A DNA stretch of 64,000 nt. Source: a virus. The stretch covers positions 1-64,000 of the IMG/VR virus record IMGVR_UViG_3300025543_000013; one strand, written 5' to 3'. Under the pieces are notes generated by a model, which had not been told where the DNA came from, searched no databases, and saw nothing but the letters and a program-made list of their open reading frames with translations. Of the stretch, positions 30,323 to 39,756 are shown one piece after another; position 1 is the stretch's first letter; every line of letters starts with the position of its first letter. Position numbers and translations under genes: made by a program.

Positions 30323-31052
30323 AGAAATACAAGAGTTTTGGTTGAAAAACGGATATTACAACGAACAAATTCTTTCAGACGAAGAAGTAGAGCTATATCG
30401 AGAAGAAACCAGAAAACTATTTAAAGAAAAACCAACAAGTCCATATAAAAATCCAACCGAGGATTCTGAATTACTAATAGATTTGATGAAACACCCAAGA
30501 GTGTTGGAATTAGTTTCTATTTGTATGGAAGCTGACTTAGGAATTCAAAATGTAAAAGTAGACGCTTTACAAACTTGGATGTATTTAAAACCACCAGGAG
30601 AATTAGGTAGAGATATACATCAAAATATATTTTATACTCACGCTAATCGTGGTGATATTATCAATACATCAATAGCACTTAATGACGCGGACAGAGATAA
30701 TGGTGGTTTATTTGTTTATCCAGGTTCACAACACGAGTGGTGTTTACCAATTACAGTAGATGAAGATAGAATGAGAACCAATCCTATTGGTTGGAATAAT
30801 GAACGAGGTAAACCTTGTGTATTACCAGGTGAATGGGTTGACGGAGAATGGAAAGATAAATATGAAAAAGTTTATACAAACGCAAAAGCGGGTTCGGTAT
30901 CGTTAATTCATTCACATATAATCCACGGTTCAGAAGAAAACACTTCACCGGATAGATGGAGAACTGCATTCTTAACTGCATACTTAAGACAAGGAGCTCA
31001 CTTTATTCAAGGTAATGATATGAAAAGAAAAAAAATAGCAGTATATGATTGA
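30312..31052 (+). CDS. PhyH-family Fe(II)/2OG dioxygenase
   Basis: KPPG...HQN, NGGLFVYPGSQ, KAG...IIHGSEENTS..WR. Confidence 0.8.
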   Translation: MNNKEIQEFWLKNGYYNEQILSDEEVELYREETRKLFKEKPTSPYKNPTEDSELLIDLMKHPRVLELVSICMEADLGIQNVKVDALQTWMYLKPPGELGRDIHQNIFYTHANRGDIINTSIALNDADRDNGGLFVYPGSQHEWCLPITVDEDRMRTNPIGWNNERGKPCVLPGEWVDGEWKDKYEKVYTNAKAGSVSLIHSHIIHGSEENTSPDRWRTAFLTAYLRQGAHFIQGNDMKRKKIAVYD

Positions 31053-31995
31053 TTTTTTTCATAATAAAAAAGTAGTCGTTACGGGTGGTAGTGGTTTTAT
31101 CGGAACACACTTTATTCAAGAGTTATTGAATAGAGGTGCCAATGTTAGAACATCAATCCATAAAACACCACTAAAAATACAAGACGATAGAATTGAAGTG
31201 TTGGATAACATTGATTTGACTAAATTAGATGATGCTATGAAATTAGTAAAAGGTGTTGATATCGTGATACATTGTGCTGGTCACATTGGACACCCAAGTT
31301 CAATTCCAACAGATTATCAAATTGGATTAAATCAAATTACCGTAATTACCAATGTGTTGGAAGCTTGTTACAAACAAGGAGTTGGAAGATTTTTAGATTT
31401 AAATAGTTCAACAGGTTATCCAGATAAAAGGTATCCAATAACCGAAAGTGAATTTTGGTTAGAACAACCATACATTTCTTATTTTAGTTATGGTTGGATG
31501 CGAAGATATAGAGAAAAACTTATGGAACATACTTCACACTTGTGTGATATGCACATTGGTATTGCTCGTGGAACTGCTATATTTGGGCCACACGATAATT
31601 TTGATTTAAAAACTTGTCACGTGGTTCCGGCACTAATCAAAAGATGTTTAAGTGGTGAAGACCCATTTGTAGTTTGGGGTAGTCCAGATGTCGTTAGAGA
31701 TTTTCTATATGTTAAAGATGTGGTAAAAGGTTGTTTGTTAGTTTTGGAAAAAGGTAAATCAATGAGACCATACAATGTAGGTTATGGTTCAACTATTACG
31801 ATTGGTGATATTGTGAATACTATATTGAAAGTTACAGGTAAGACACCAGAAGTTCAATGGGACAATTCAAAGCCAACAACAATTCCATTTCGTTCTTGTT
31901 CAACAGAACGAATAGAAACAGAATTAGGATTTAAACCAAATTATACTTTTGAACAAGGTATTAAAGAAACTGTGGAGTGGTATGAAAACTTATAA
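31045..31995 (+). CDS. NAD(P)-dependent epimerase/reductase, GDP-fucose synthase-like
   Basis: VTGGSGFIG, FGPHDNF....HVVPALI, VWG....RDFLYV. Confidence 0.85.
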   Translation: MIDFFHNKKVVVTGGSGFIGTHFIQELLNRGANVRTSIHKTPLKIQDDRIEVLDNIDLTKLDDAMKLVKGVDIVIHCAGHIGHPSSIPTDYQIGLNQITVITNVLEACYKQGVGRFLDLNSSTGYPDKRYPITESEFWLEQPYISYFSYGWMRRYREKLMEHTSHLCDMHIGIARGTAIFGPHDNFDLKTCHVVPALIKRCLSGEDPFVVWGSPDVVRDFLYVKDVVKGCLLVLEKGKSMRPYNVGYGSTITIGDIVNTILKVTGKTPEVQWDNSKPTTIPFRSCSTERIETELGFKPNYTFEQGIKETVEWYENL

Positions 31996-32506
31996 AGAAG
32001 AACTAATACAATCAATGAATTATTTGGCAGAAAAACCAAATACCATTTTTGTAGGACAACAAACTGCTTTTGCAGGTAATCCAATGTCCACTACAATTTT
32101 GGATATTTCAAAAGACAAAATGATTGAAACACCAGTATTTGAAGAAGTTCAAATGGGTATGTCAATTGGATTAGGTATGACCAATATGTGTGTCATTACT
32201 TTTTATCCAAGGTGGGATTTCTTGATATGTGCGGCAAATCAATTGATTAATCACTTGGATAAATTTAAACATATGACAGGTTATGATTCACACGTTATCA
32301 TTAGAGTTGGTAAAGGTAGTGATGACCCATTAGACCCAGGTGTTCAACATAAAGCAGATTATTCTGAACAATTTAAACAATTGCTTAGTTATGTTGATAT
32401 CGTTAAACTTACAAATAAAGAAAATATTTTTTCTACTTATCAAAATGCATATAAAAATAAAAAACCAATAATAATTGTTGAATATCCGGAGAAGTATAAT
32501 GAATAA
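31982..32506 (+). CDS. TPP-dependent enzyme, E1-beta/transketolase pyrimidine-binding subunit
   Basis: IETPVFEEVQMGMSIGLG, DFL..AANQLIN, GVQH, PIIIVE; no C-terminal domain; ATG at 31982 after GGAG. Confidence 0.8.
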   Translation: MKTYKEELIQSMNYLAEKPNTIFVGQQTAFAGNPMSTTILDISKDKMIETPVFEEVQMGMSIGLGMTNMCVITFYPRWDFLICAANQLINHLDKFKHMTGYDSHVIIRVGKGSDDPLDPGVQHKADYSEQFKQLLSYVDIVKLTNKENIFSTYQNAYKNKKPIIIVEYPEKYNE

Positions 32507-33500
32507 TTCTTCAAATTTATTAAAAAGATTAGATATAAAAAAAGAAAATTATATTGAAATAGAACCAAGAAAAATAGAAAAAGTATTTATTTCTGGTTTA
32601 ACTGAAGGTTATGGTTATTTACGACATATTCAAGATATTTACAAAACTATAAGTCCAGACTATTTGTATCCTATTTCAGATGGATTTTTATATAATAAAA
32701 ATATTTTTAAAGTTCCAGAACAACAAGTATTTGACAACCCTATTTTAAGCTTTTGGTATACTTGGTATATTTTGTGGCAAAATGTTACTAATAATTGTCC
32801 AGAGTTTGTAAGATTTCATAAAGGTGATATTAATAAAATAATTAATTTAGACAAAAAGAGAGAACATAAGTTTATTTCTTTAAATAGAAATTTAAAAACC
32901 GGTAGAGACATTTTTATAAATTCTTTAGATGATAATTTTTTAAAAGACAATTGGGTTAGTGGACACTTTTCAGATAGAAAATATTTAAAAAATGATAAAC
33001 TTATAAATAATCAATTTACACACTTTTATAATATTATATTTAATGATTTAAATACTAAAGGATACATACAACCATTTTTTGAAAGCACAGGATTAAATGA
33101 TGGATTTACTGATAAAATGTTAATGATTACTGAAAAATCTTGTATTCCTTTTTTACTCGGAAACATAGCAATTCCAATGAATTTATTTTATGTTTCTGAA
33201 TATGAGAAGCTTGGATTTGAATTTGTCAAAGACATCAATGGTGTTTCTATAAATGAAACAATAGAGTGGGACTTGGTTAAGTACAACGAATCATTCGCAA
33301 GTGTTTGGTTAAACGAACTAATTGAAAAAATAAAGTATATTAATCAAAACAATACTTTACAAGATATAGAAAAAATTTATCAAGATAACTATGAATTGAT
33401 TTTACATAATCAAAATCTTATAAAAAAACTAATGACGGATAATTCCGTAATAGATGAACTAAAACAATGGATAGAAAATGAAAATAATACAGATTATTAA
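32499..33500 (+). CDS. Putative glycosyltransferase (GT10-like motif), paralogue 4
   Basis: KFISLNR...FES...ITEKSCIPFL...KLGFEF...ILHNQ. Confidence 0.5.
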   Translation: MNNSSNLLKRLDIKKENYIEIEPRKIEKVFISGLTEGYGYLRHIQDIYKTISPDYLYPISDGFLYNKNIFKVPEQQVFDNPILSFWYTWYILWQNVTNNCPEFVRFHKGDINKIINLDKKREHKFISLNRNLKTGRDIFINSLDDNFLKDNWVSGHFSDRKYLKNDKLINNQFTHFYNIIFNDLNTKGYIQPFFESTGLNDGFTDKMLMITEKSCIPFLLGNIAIPMNLFYVSEYEKLGFEFVKDINGVSINETIEWDLVKYNESFASVWLNELIEKIKYINQNNTLQDIEKIYQDNYELILHNQNLIKKLMTDNSVIDELKQWIENENNTDY

Positions 33501-33588
33501 AGATTGGGTTTTTGAATTTAAAAAACAAAGAAAACTCAAAAAGAAATTAAAAGAACTTCGTAAACGTGACCCATTTATTTACAAATGA
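33478..33588 (+). CDS. 36-aa basic microprotein (absent from the ORF track)
   Basis: MKIIQIIKDWVFEFKKQRKLKKKLKELRKRDPFIYK; fills the gap, and its stop overlaps the next start (ATGA). Confidence 0.65.
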   Translation: MKIIQIIKDWVFEFKKQRKLKKKLKELRKRDPFIYK

Positions 33589-34292
33589 TTTATTTTGGTG
33601 GAGATAGTTTTATGTACGGAAAGGGCTTAGAAAAAGAAAAGTCCTTTCCCTACCTTGTTGCCGATTCTTTAAATCAAGAATTTTTTGATGATTCACAAGT
33701 TTCATCATCAAACAAATTAATCTATTTAAGAGCGATGAATCATATAGTGTCGAATCAAAATTGTGATTTGTATATTATAATGTGGTCAAGAGGTGTGGAT
33801 AGGAGATTTGAACATATTTTGGATTACGATTTAACAGAAAGGTGGGTAAACATAATACCTTGTCCACATCAAAAGAAAGATGACAAAATACGAAATGATA
33901 TAAACAAATATGTTTTAGAAAACTTCGTAACAGAACAATCAAGTTTCATTAATAATTTGGTTTATATGGTTTCATTACAAAATATGTTTAAACTTTATAA
34001 TAAAAAATATGTTTATTGTTATGCTCACAATGAGTTTATGAATTTGTATAAAAAAACATATAAAGAATATGGGTATTTTTTAAATGTTAAAGATGATGAA
34101 CAAGATTTTACCAAATCAACAGATTTAAAACCTTTAATAAATTCACTTGATTTTAAAAATATAATTGAATACTCTTTTAGTGAAATTATGGGTAATTGGG
34201 TTGGTGGCAGAATTGACAGACACCCAGATGAAAAACAATGTAAAGAGTATGCAGAATACTTTTTAAAGGAGTTGAATTATGAAGATAAATAA
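33585..34292 (+). CDS. SGNH-like protein, paralogue 4
   Basis: GGDSFMYG, SSSN, MWS...R, DRHP. Confidence 0.7.
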   Translation: MIYFGGDSFMYGKGLEKEKSFPYLVADSLNQEFFDDSQVSSSNKLIYLRAMNHIVSNQNCDLYIIMWSRGVDRRFEHILDYDLTERWVNIIPCPHQKKDDKIRNDINKYVLENFVTEQSSFINNLVYMVSLQNMFKLYNKKYVYCYAHNEFMNLYKKTYKEYGYFLNVKDDEQDFTKSTDLKPLINSLDFKNIIEYSFSEIMGNWVGGRIDRHPDEKQCKEYAEYFLKELNYEDK

Positions 34293-35118
34293 AAAGTATT
34301 TAATTACAAGTGGTTGTTCTTTTACCGAAGGACATATGATACAACCAATTAGTTGGGCAACAAAACTTGGTGAGAAACTAAGTTTAGAAACAATTAATTT
34401 AGGTAAAGGTGGAACAGGAAATGAAATCATTACACAAAGTGTAATTAATTACTCTACTTTTGAAAAAGAAATAGCAGATAATAGTTTTTTTGTAATACAA
34501 TTATCAGAGTGTTTACGATATTTGATAAATTATGATGGTAGTAAATCTTCACAATATTGGCATATTACCCCAGGACAATTTGTAAATGATAATGGATTTG
34601 ATAATTGGGATTTAAGTTCAGAACTTAACAAACATATATACAATAATCGTTATGGATTAGCACCTTTTTATTCAAACATAACATTTAGTCTGATAAAAAC
34701 ATATTGGAACATAATCAATTTGGTTAATTTTTTTGAAAAAAATAATTATCCTTATTTGATATTTGACGGATTAAATAGTCATATACCTTTTGAGAAAAAT
34801 GGAAAGTGGTTTTTACCGTTTTCTGACCCCGATAACAAGTGGGATAAACCATATGAATTAAAAGTTAGTGATAAAAAAAATTTTAAATTATTTATAACAG
34901 ATGAGCATTGTCCAACACTTCACATACACTTGATTAATTATATTAAAAGTTTAAATTATTATTATACTGAAAATACATTATGGAAATTTATTCATAAACG
35001 AGATAATGAAGATTATCATAAAGAAAATGAAGGACACCCAAATGAATTAGGTTCTGATAAATGGGCAGAAGAATTAATAAAAATTATAGGAGATAAGTAT
35101 GAAAACTATAAAGTATAA
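34279..35118 (+). CDS. SGNH-like protein, paralogue 5
   Basis: SGCSFTEG, NLGKGGTGN, QLS..R, EGHPNELG. Confidence 0.7.
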   Translation: MKINKKYLITSGCSFTEGHMIQPISWATKLGEKLSLETINLGKGGTGNEIITQSVINYSTFEKEIADNSFFVIQLSECLRYLINYDGSKSSQYWHITPGQFVNDNGFDNWDLSSELNKHIYNNRYGLAPFYSNITFSLIKTYWNIINLVNFFEKNNYPYLIFDGLNSHIPFEKNGKWFLPFSDPDNKWDKPYELKVSDKKNFKLFITDEHCPTLHIHLINYIKSLNYYYTENTLWKFIHKRDNEDYHKENEGHPNELGSDKWAEELIKIIGDKYENYKV

Positions 35119-35887
35119 AAACGAAATATTTTCTGAATATGTTTTAGATTATTTAGTTAACAATAAAGTTATAAAAAATAAATCAAATTTAAACAATTTA
35201 CACGAAAATTTAGTAAATGTCGATATGGCGAATTATGAGTCAGGAGAAATATATAAAGACACTCATAAACATAATTACACGAGTGGTATAAATGAAGTTC
35301 AAAAGTTTTTATACAACTTAGATAGTGATACTAATTGGTATAAAATGTATTTAGATTTGTTAAAAGAAATTTATAATAATGTGGGATATGATTTTTATTT
35401 TCAAAAAACACCAACAGTTAGAGTTCACTGTCCAAATGCCGTCGGTTCTGAACACTATCCAATGTATCACACAGATGTGTCACTTGGTCACCCGCCACAA
35501 GAAATAAATGTTTGGTTTTCTTTAACGAAAAATAAAAATTCAGGATTTTACATTATGAGTTTAGAAGATAGTCTTGAATATGTAGAAAAGTATGGACACG
35601 AAGAACTGAATAGATTAGCAATTAACGATAAAAAAGTATTCAATGTTGAATGTCATAATAAATCAGAAGAAGTGGAATCTACTTTAGACAATATATTTTT
35701 ATTTGATTCACTACGAATCCATAGTGGTATGGCAAGAGAAGATGATACAAGAGTATCAATGGATATAAGAATAAATCCGGTTGATAAATTTGTCCACGGA
35801 TATATCGGTAGTGGAACACAAAAGGCAGAGTTTTGGCCAGGTGGACATTTTGGGTATCACGAAAAATCAATTAAGGAATTAATATGA
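35099..35887 (+). CDS. Fe(II)/2OG oxygenase, StrG-like
   Basis: FQKTPTVRVHCP, YHTD...GHPPQEINVW, HSG...TRVSMDIR. Confidence 0.7.
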   Translation: MKTIKYKNEIFSEYVLDYLVNNKVIKNKSNLNNLHENLVNVDMANYESGEIYKDTHKHNYTSGINEVQKFLYNLDSDTNWYKMYLDLLKEIYNNVGYDFYFQKTPTVRVHCPNAVGSEHYPMYHTDVSLGHPPQEINVWFSLTKNKNSGFYIMSLEDSLEYVEKYGHEELNRLAINDKKVFNVECHNKSEEVESTLDNIFLFDSLRIHSGMAREDDTRVSMDIRINPVDKFVHGYIGSGTQKAEFWPGGHFGYHEKSIKELI

Positions 35888-36843
35888 ATATATTGATAAC
35901 AGGTGGAACCGGATTTGTAGGTAGTCATATGATTGATTATATATTGAGTAATCAATCTGATGTAAAGATATATGTGACTAAAAGGTGGTTAGAAGATACA
36001 AAAAATATTGACCACATCAATGATACACGATTTGAAATAATTGATTGTGATTTATTAGACGGATTTTCAGTTCAAAGAGCAGTTGAAATATCTAAACCAG
36101 ATAAAGTGTTTCATTTTGCAGCACAATCTTTTCCAGAAGTTAGTTTTAAAATACCAGTTATAACTTTACAAACTAATGTTATCGGAACAACACACTTGTT
36201 AGAATCAATTAAAAATTCTAAATATAATCCGGTTGTGGTTAGTATTTCATCATCAGAGGTATATGGTAATCCAAATCCAGACGAAGTTCCAATTAATGAG
36301 AATAATCCAATTAGACCGGCAAATCCATACTCAATATCAAAAGTAGGACACGACTTAATGTCACAATATTATTATAACGCGTATGGTATGAAAATTATTA
36401 CAACTCGTATGTTTTCACACGAAGGTTCTCGTAGAGGAAAAGAGTTTGCACTTTCATCATTTGCATATCAAATAGTTCAAAATGAAAAAGGCAACGGAGA
36501 CGGATTTATACGACACGGAAATTTAGATTCAACAAGAACTTATGCCCATATTGAAGATGCTATACGAGCATATTGGTTGTGTTCAGAAAGTAAAAAATTT
36601 GGTGAAGTTTATAACATTGGTGGAGACTATACTTGTAAAGTTGGAGATGCGTTAAATATGTTGATATCAAAATCAACAATAAAATTAAAACCATTACTTG
36701 ATGAACAAAGAGTAAGACCAACAGACATTACATTACAAATTCCAGATACAACAAAATTTAGAAAAGAATTTGGTTGGAAACCAGAAAAAGATTTATCAGA
36801 TATTTGTGACGACTTATTGAATTATTGGAGAGATGTCTTATGA
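35884..36843 (+). CDS. GDP-mannose 4,6-dehydratase/Rmd-like SDR
   Basis: ITGGTGFVGSH, FHFAAQS, SSSEVYG, PYSISK, FSHEGSRRG, GNLD..R, RPTDI. Confidence 0.85.
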   Translation: MNILITGGTGFVGSHMIDYILSNQSDVKIYVTKRWLEDTKNIDHINDTRFEIIDCDLLDGFSVQRAVEISKPDKVFHFAAQSFPEVSFKIPVITLQTNVIGTTHLLESIKNSKYNPVVVSISSSEVYGNPNPDEVPINENNPIRPANPYSISKVGHDLMSQYYYNAYGMKIITTRMFSHEGSRRGKEFALSSFAYQIVQNEKGNGDGFIRHGNLDSTRTYAHIEDAIRAYWLCSESKKFGEVYNIGGDYTCKVGDALNMLISKSTIKLKPLLDEQRVRPTDITLQIPDTTKFRKEFGWKPEKDLSDICDDLLNYWRDVL

Positions 36844-37823
36844 TTACACTAAATTCTGAGTTGTGTAATCCTATGAATATATATTTTCAAAATAACGAGA
36901 TACAATATTCAAATGATAATCCAACTATTATAAAGTTGAATGAAAATGAAAGAAATCAAGATGAACTTAATAATAAAATATTTATAAAGTTAGACGAAAA
37001 ATTTCATATACCAGAAGAATATATTAATAGTATACTAAAAAATAATAAGATAATCGCAAGTGTTAATTGTAATATTAATCATCCAAATTATTACTTTGAC
37101 CCGTTATTATATATGTACTACTTTTATTTTTTATTTGGATTTAATCATTTATCTTATAATCAACTTGATGTTCGTAAAACAAATTTAGTCGGTTGTTATC
37201 ATTTATTTAATTATAAAAATGACAGAGATTATTGTCATAATTTTATTGATGAACACTTGATAGAAAAAATTCATATTTACAATACCAAAAAAGATTCAAA
37301 AGTAATAAATGACACTGCAAAAGTAATTAATAAAAATATGGGTAAACAACAATGGAATTCAAATCATATAGCGGGATATAGTGATTACATAACATCAGCA
37401 GTTGGATTAATACACGATAGTATGGGATTTTATTTACAGAACTCAGAACAAAATTATTTAATTGAACCAGAACAATGTTATTTAAATGAAAAAGCATTAA
37501 AAGGTATTTTGTTTTCTAAATTAAATATTCCATTTATATTAAACACTACACTAAAAAATTTTAAGATTTTAAGAGAAACAGGATTTTGGTTTTTAAATTC
37601 TGAGTTTACCGACTATGATGTAAAAGTCGGAATAGTCAAAACTATAAGTTTTTTAAATGAGTTACACCGACAAACAGGTGATTATCAACAAACTCATAGT
37701 AAATTAGTTGATATGTTTGGAGAAAAAATGCAAAATAATTACAATTTATTTCACAAATATTTGGAAAAACCATACAACTACAACAAATTCTTAGAGTTCA
37801 TTTCAAACAATAAAACTTCCTAA
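36840..37823 (+). CDS. Divergent GT10-like paralogue 5
   Basis: LNEKALKGI...PFIL...LRETGFWF...MQNNY. Confidence 0.4.
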   Translation: MITLNSELCNPMNIYFQNNEIQYSNDNPTIIKLNENERNQDELNNKIFIKLDEKFHIPEEYINSILKNNKIIASVNCNINHPNYYFDPLLYMYYFYFLFGFNHLSYNQLDVRKTNLVGCYHLFNYKNDRDYCHNFIDEHLIEKIHIYNTKKDSKVINDTAKVINKNMGKQQWNSNHIAGYSDYITSAVGLIHDSMGFYLQNSEQNYLIEPEQCYLNEKALKGILFSKLNIPFILNTTLKNFKILRETGFWFLNSEFTDYDVKVGIVKTISFLNELHRQTGDYQQTHSKLVDMFGEKMQNNYNLFHKYLEKPYNYNKFLEFISNNKTS

Positions 37824-37826
37824 GTT

Positions 37827-37836
37827 TATATTTATA
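37827..37836 (+). promoter_or_regulatory. Candidate late promoter TATATTTATA
   Basis: Recurring motif; upstream TTCCTAAGTTT shared with the copy at 50901. Confidence 0.55.
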
Positions 37837-37867
37837 ATTGTATACAAATATAAATTTTAGGACTAAA

Positions 37868-38611
37868 ATGATTAAATTATCAGAATTATTACACGAAGGT
37901 ATCAATGACCCAGGTATTTTAAAAGCCGTTTTCTTAGCCGGAGGGCCTGGTTCAGGTAAAACCTATGTAGCCAAAGGTCTATTTGGTATTCCTGAACGAC
38001 TAAACATATCCCAAACTGGTTTGAAAATGGTCAATTCTGATAAAGAACTCAAACATCTTTTAAACAAATACGGATTCGGTACTGATTTAGACTCATTACC
38101 AGATGAAGTATTTTCAAATTTAACCAATCCTAAAGACCCAGAATATAGTGGATTGAGAACTTATGCAAAAGAACTCACCAAAGAACGACAAAGACTTTAT
38201 GCACAAGGTCGTTTAGGTATGATTATCGACGGAACCGGAGATGATTATCAAAAGATTGCACGAGAAAAGAAAGAATTAGAAGATATCGGATACGATACTT
38301 ATATGATTTTTGTCAACACTACATTAGAAGTAGCACTTGATAGAAATGAAAAAAGAGATAGAGTTTTACCTAAACATATTGTTGCGGATTCTCACAAAGA
38401 AGTAGTTCGTAATATTGGTGGATTTCAAGGATTGTTTGGTTCTGGTAATTTTATGGTTGTTGATAACAATCAATATCGAACAGAAGAAGAAGCAACCAAA
38501 CGATTCAATATGTTGGTTAAAAAAGGATTAGGTAAATTTATATCAGCACCCGTTAAAAATAAACGAGGACAAGCTTGGATACGACATAACAAACTATTAA
38601 AGGGGAAATAA
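37868..38611 (+). CDS. P-loop kinase (zeta toxin/AAA_33-like) with MIKLSELLHE leader
   Basis: FLAGGPGSGKT, VNSD, IIDGTG, ALDRNEKRDR lid. Confidence 0.8.
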   Translation: MIKLSELLHEGINDPGILKAVFLAGGPGSGKTYVAKGLFGIPERLNISQTGLKMVNSDKELKHLLNKYGFGTDLDSLPDEVFSNLTNPKDPEYSGLRTYAKELTKERQRLYAQGRLGMIIDGTGDDYQKIAREKKELEDIGYDTYMIFVNTTLEVALDRNEKRDRVLPKHIVADSHKEVVRNIGGFQGLFGSGNFMVVDNNQYRTEEEATKRFNMLVKKGLGKFISAPVKNKRGQAWIRHNKLLKGK

Positions 38612-38612
38612 A

Positions 38613-39095
38613 ATGTTAATATCATTTGACGAAATTATAGAAGTAACTTTACACCACGAAGGTGGATATGTTCACGACCCAAATGACTTGGGTGGAGAAA
38701 CCAACTTCGGTATTGCAAAAAGATTTTATCCAGATGTAGATATTAAAAATCTTACAGAAGACGAAGCAAAAGAAATTTATCGTAGAGATTATTGGGATAA
38801 AAACAGAGTGGAAGAACTACCAGAACACCTTAGACATATATTTTTCGATATGTGTGTAAATCAAGGTAGAGGAACCGCAGTAAAAATTTTACAACGAGCT
38901 TGTGTTGCTAAAGGAGCAGACATCGCAATTGACGGAGGTATGGGGCCAGGAACTATGAACGCAATCGAAACCTACAAACCTTCCGCAGATAGAGTTCGTT
39001 GTTATAGATTAAAACATTATTATGATTTAGTAAATGCAAAACCAGAACAAGAAAGATTTTTGTTCGGTTGGTTTAAACGAGCAATATCAGTATAG
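38613..39095 (+). CDS. GH108 lysozyme with peptidoglycan-binding domain (endolysin-like)
   Basis: HEGGYVHDPNDLGGETNFGI, IYRRDYW, FDMCVNQG, DG.MGPGT, FLFGW..R. Confidence 0.9.
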   Translation: MLISFDEIIEVTLHHEGGYVHDPNDLGGETNFGIAKRFYPDVDIKNLTEDEAKEIYRRDYWDKNRVEELPEHLRHIFFDMCVNQGRGTAVKILQRACVAKGADIAIDGGMGPGTMNAIETYKPSADRVRCYRLKHYYDLVNAKPEQERFLFGWFKRAISV

Positions 39096-39105
39096 GAGAA
39101 AATAA

Positions 39106-39378
39106 ATGGCAACACCAGTTCAAGGTTCATTCATAGATAGAACTAAAAACATAGAGAGACCAAATTCATTTAAAGTTGTTAATAGTATTAATGACGCAAT
39201 TTATGAACCAACAGGTTCTAATTTAAATTCAGCTTTTACCGTGAGTGGTGAAGGATATGAACTTAGAGGTTTAGATGGTGGTTCAATAACAGGTGGATTA
39301 GCAAGTGGTAGTGTATACAATGTATCATTATCATATGTTAGTGCATCATCATTTGCAACTGTAAACTTATTTAGATAA
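39106..39378 (+). CDS. Hypothetical protein
   Basis: AGGAG RBS; TAATG-coupled to the next gene. Confidence 0.65.
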   Translation: MATPVQGSFIDRTKNIERPNSFKVVNSINDAIYEPTGSNLNSAFTVSGEGYELRGLDGGSITGGLASGSVYNVSLSYVSASSFATVNLFR

Positions 39379-39755
39379 TGTCAGAACAAATATCACAGAT
39401 TATACGAGAAGTCATCACAGAACTGATTGACGATAGTCGTTGTGTTCGTTGTGGTTCAATCACTAATGAAGACTTGAGAAAGTGGTTCGGTAAAGGTGGA
39501 GCCGGAGGAACAACCAAAGGTGGTTGGGACAGATATGGTTCAGACGGACAGAAACTTGGTAAATGTGGTGGTGGAAAAGAAGGTGGTGCATATGCCGCAT
39601 GTTTAAGTGCCGAGAAAGCTCGTAAACTTGGCCCAGACGGAAGAGCAGCATTTGTTCGTCGTAAAAGACGAGACCAAAAGAAAGCAGGCGATACCAAAAA
39701 AGGAAGACAAAGAACCAAAGGTAAAGCACCAGTAATGAGTAAAACAGGAGCATAA
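39378..39755 (+). CDS. Small basic protein, putative head cargo
   Basis: QIIREVITE leader, CVRC, then TNE|DLRKWFG...C...CLS...KRR. Confidence 0.65.
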   Translation: MSEQISQIIREVITELIDDSRCVRCGSITNEDLRKWFGKGGAGGTTKGGWDRYGSDGQKLGKCGGGKEGGAYAACLSAEKARKLGPDGRAAFVRRKRRDQKKAGDTKKGRQRTKGKAPVMSKTGA

Positions 39756-39756
39756 G

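Noticed and set aside
27449-32506. Pyruvate dehydrogenase as a central-metabolism auxiliary gene
   Set aside because: Subunits are short and separated, E2/E3 are absent, and the context is NDP-sugar enzymes
37868-38611. Zeta/epsilon toxin-antitoxin pair
   Set aside because: No adjacent antitoxin-like gene; it carries the head-type leader
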